DNA from: an uncultured delta proteobacterium
Lineage (GTDB): Bacteria; Desulfobacterota; Binatia; UBA9968
Assembly (NCBI GenBank): GCA_963847445.1
Contig: CAWJZV010000004.1
Span: forward strand, 1 to 64,000
DNA: 64,000 bases
Reading direction: 5' to 3'
Shown: positions 63,035-64,000 of the stretch, piece by piece
How positions within the stretch are numbered: position 1 is the first letter of the stretch
Layout of the letters: each line of letters starts with the position of its first letter
The notes under the pieces: generated by a model
What the model saw: the letters and a program-made list of their open reading frames with translations, nothing else
What the model was told of the DNA's origin: nothing
Database searches by the model: none
Made by a program: the position numbers and the translations under genes

Positions 63035-64000
63035 CTAATACAATTTACACGCCCACTTCCCTCCGCCCCAATTGTCGACACCGCCGATGATCATATCGCG
63101 CGCGTCGAGTGTCAAAGCATTGGACGCCGGCGTCGTCGGCGCGCCGGGATAGGTCAAGACACGAATATCGCGGTAGGGACCGATGACTTTCTCCGCCGCG
63201 GGTAAGTCGATCCAGCGATCGCGGCTGCCGGTGCTGACCACGGCATCCGCTTCAGCGGCATAAAAGAGCAGCGGCGAATCGACACCGTCTTTGCCGCCGT
63301 ACTCGTAAGTGACCAGAACGGTTTTGATGCCGAGCCGCTCGCAGGCGCGGATCGTCAACATCATCTCGACGAAGGCATTGCCCGAGCCGAGCCAGGTTAG
63401 CAGCACGGCGTCGGCGCCCAAACTTTTCGCCAGTCGAGCCGTGTTGTGGGCGACGACTTCCTTGGCGTGATGGGTCTCGTAGGAAATGCGCTCTATGATG
63501 ACGCCGGCAAAATCGAGATTGTCCGCCGCTTGCTCGCGGTACAAAGCCAGCGCCAAAGGATGGTTTTGCCAATCCCAGGTGGTCGGATAATAACCGATGC
63601 CGCGGGTCGTGTTCATGGTCATCGCGCCGTCCAACAATTCATTGGGATCAAGCGCCGTCGCCAACGACTCGCGGATCGGCAGGCCGTAATAACTCACGCC
63701 GGCGTGGGGCTGCTGCGCTTGGGTGATGCAGCCTTGAATCAACACCACCCGTGGCCGCGAGCTGCGCTGCAGCCGCGATGAGAAAATCTCCGCGCGCGCA
63801 GCGGTCAATCCTTTGGTCGTTTCGGCGAGCTTGCACGCGACTTGATAGGCCGCGTGCTGAATCGCCTGGTGCGCTTCCAGTTCGCCCAAGCCGGCGCGAA
63901 TTTCCAAGCTCAACACCAGATGGCGCAGCCCGCTAAAGCGCGATGCCGCCGCGCCGGCGCCCCACATGTCGAGGATGGCGCTGCGCTGCACGCCGGTGCC
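63035..64000 (-). CDS. Glycine/sarcosine/betaine reductase component B proprotein-like (GrdE/PrdA family), 5' end outside window
   Basis: DPNELLDGA, TT..QNHP, LDFAGVI, LGADAV, GNAFVEMM..CERLGIKTV, EADAVVSTG. Confidence 0.8.
   Translation of the reverse strand, partial: GTGVQRSAILDMWGAGAAASRFSGLRHLVLSLEIRAGLGELEAHQAIQHAAYQVACKLAETTKGLTAARAEIFSSRLQRSSRPRVVLIQGCITQAQQPHAGVSYYGLPIRESLATALDPNELLDGAMTMNTTRGIGYYPTTWDWQNHPLALALYREQAADNLDFAGVIIERISYETHHAKEVVAHNTARLAKSLGADAVLLTWLGSGNAFVEMMLTIRACERLGIKTVLVTYEYGGKDGVDSPLLFYAAEADAVVSTGSRDRWIDLPAAEKVIGPYRDIRVLTYPGAPTTPASNALTLDARDMIIGGVDNWGGGKWACKLY

Noticed and set aside
1-64000. tRNA, rRNA or known riboswitch
   Set aside because: None recognised by eye; tRNAscan-SE and an Rfam scan would be needed to exclude them.

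Overview
GC-rich bacterial chromosomal segment. Gene content (many stand-alone solute-binding proteins, MmgE/PrpD, CaiB, Rieske oxygenases, hydantoinase, LLM, M20 hydrolase, a glycine-reductase-like subunit) and the intergenic repeat style suggest Candidatus Binatota or a related uncultured deltaproteobacteria-like lineage; this is inference only. It encodes roughly 60 mostly catabolic, transport and redox genes. About 15 are split by isolated 1-bp indels, which most likely reflect long-read consensus errors. I saw no rRNA, tRNA, CRISPR array or autonomous transposase. Main points the ORF track misses: (1) two peroxiredoxin-like selenoprotein candidates with in-frame UGA in UxxC motifs and downstream SECIS-like hairpins (24526-, 52011-); (2) a modular, nested intergenic repeat system in which conserved left (TAGCGCRGC..AGCCGCAAYC) and right (..GGAYAGYARTAC) junction motifs appear inserted into, and carry, several classes of REP-like palindromes; (3) a 48-aa stand-alone DnaJ-type zinc-finger microprotein and a 58-aa lipoprotein; (4) a GrdE-like glycine/sarcosine/betaine reductase subunit that seems to lack the usual Cys cleavage motif; (5) intact and decayed toxin-antitoxin modules, sigma54-type promoters and several apparently leaderless genes.
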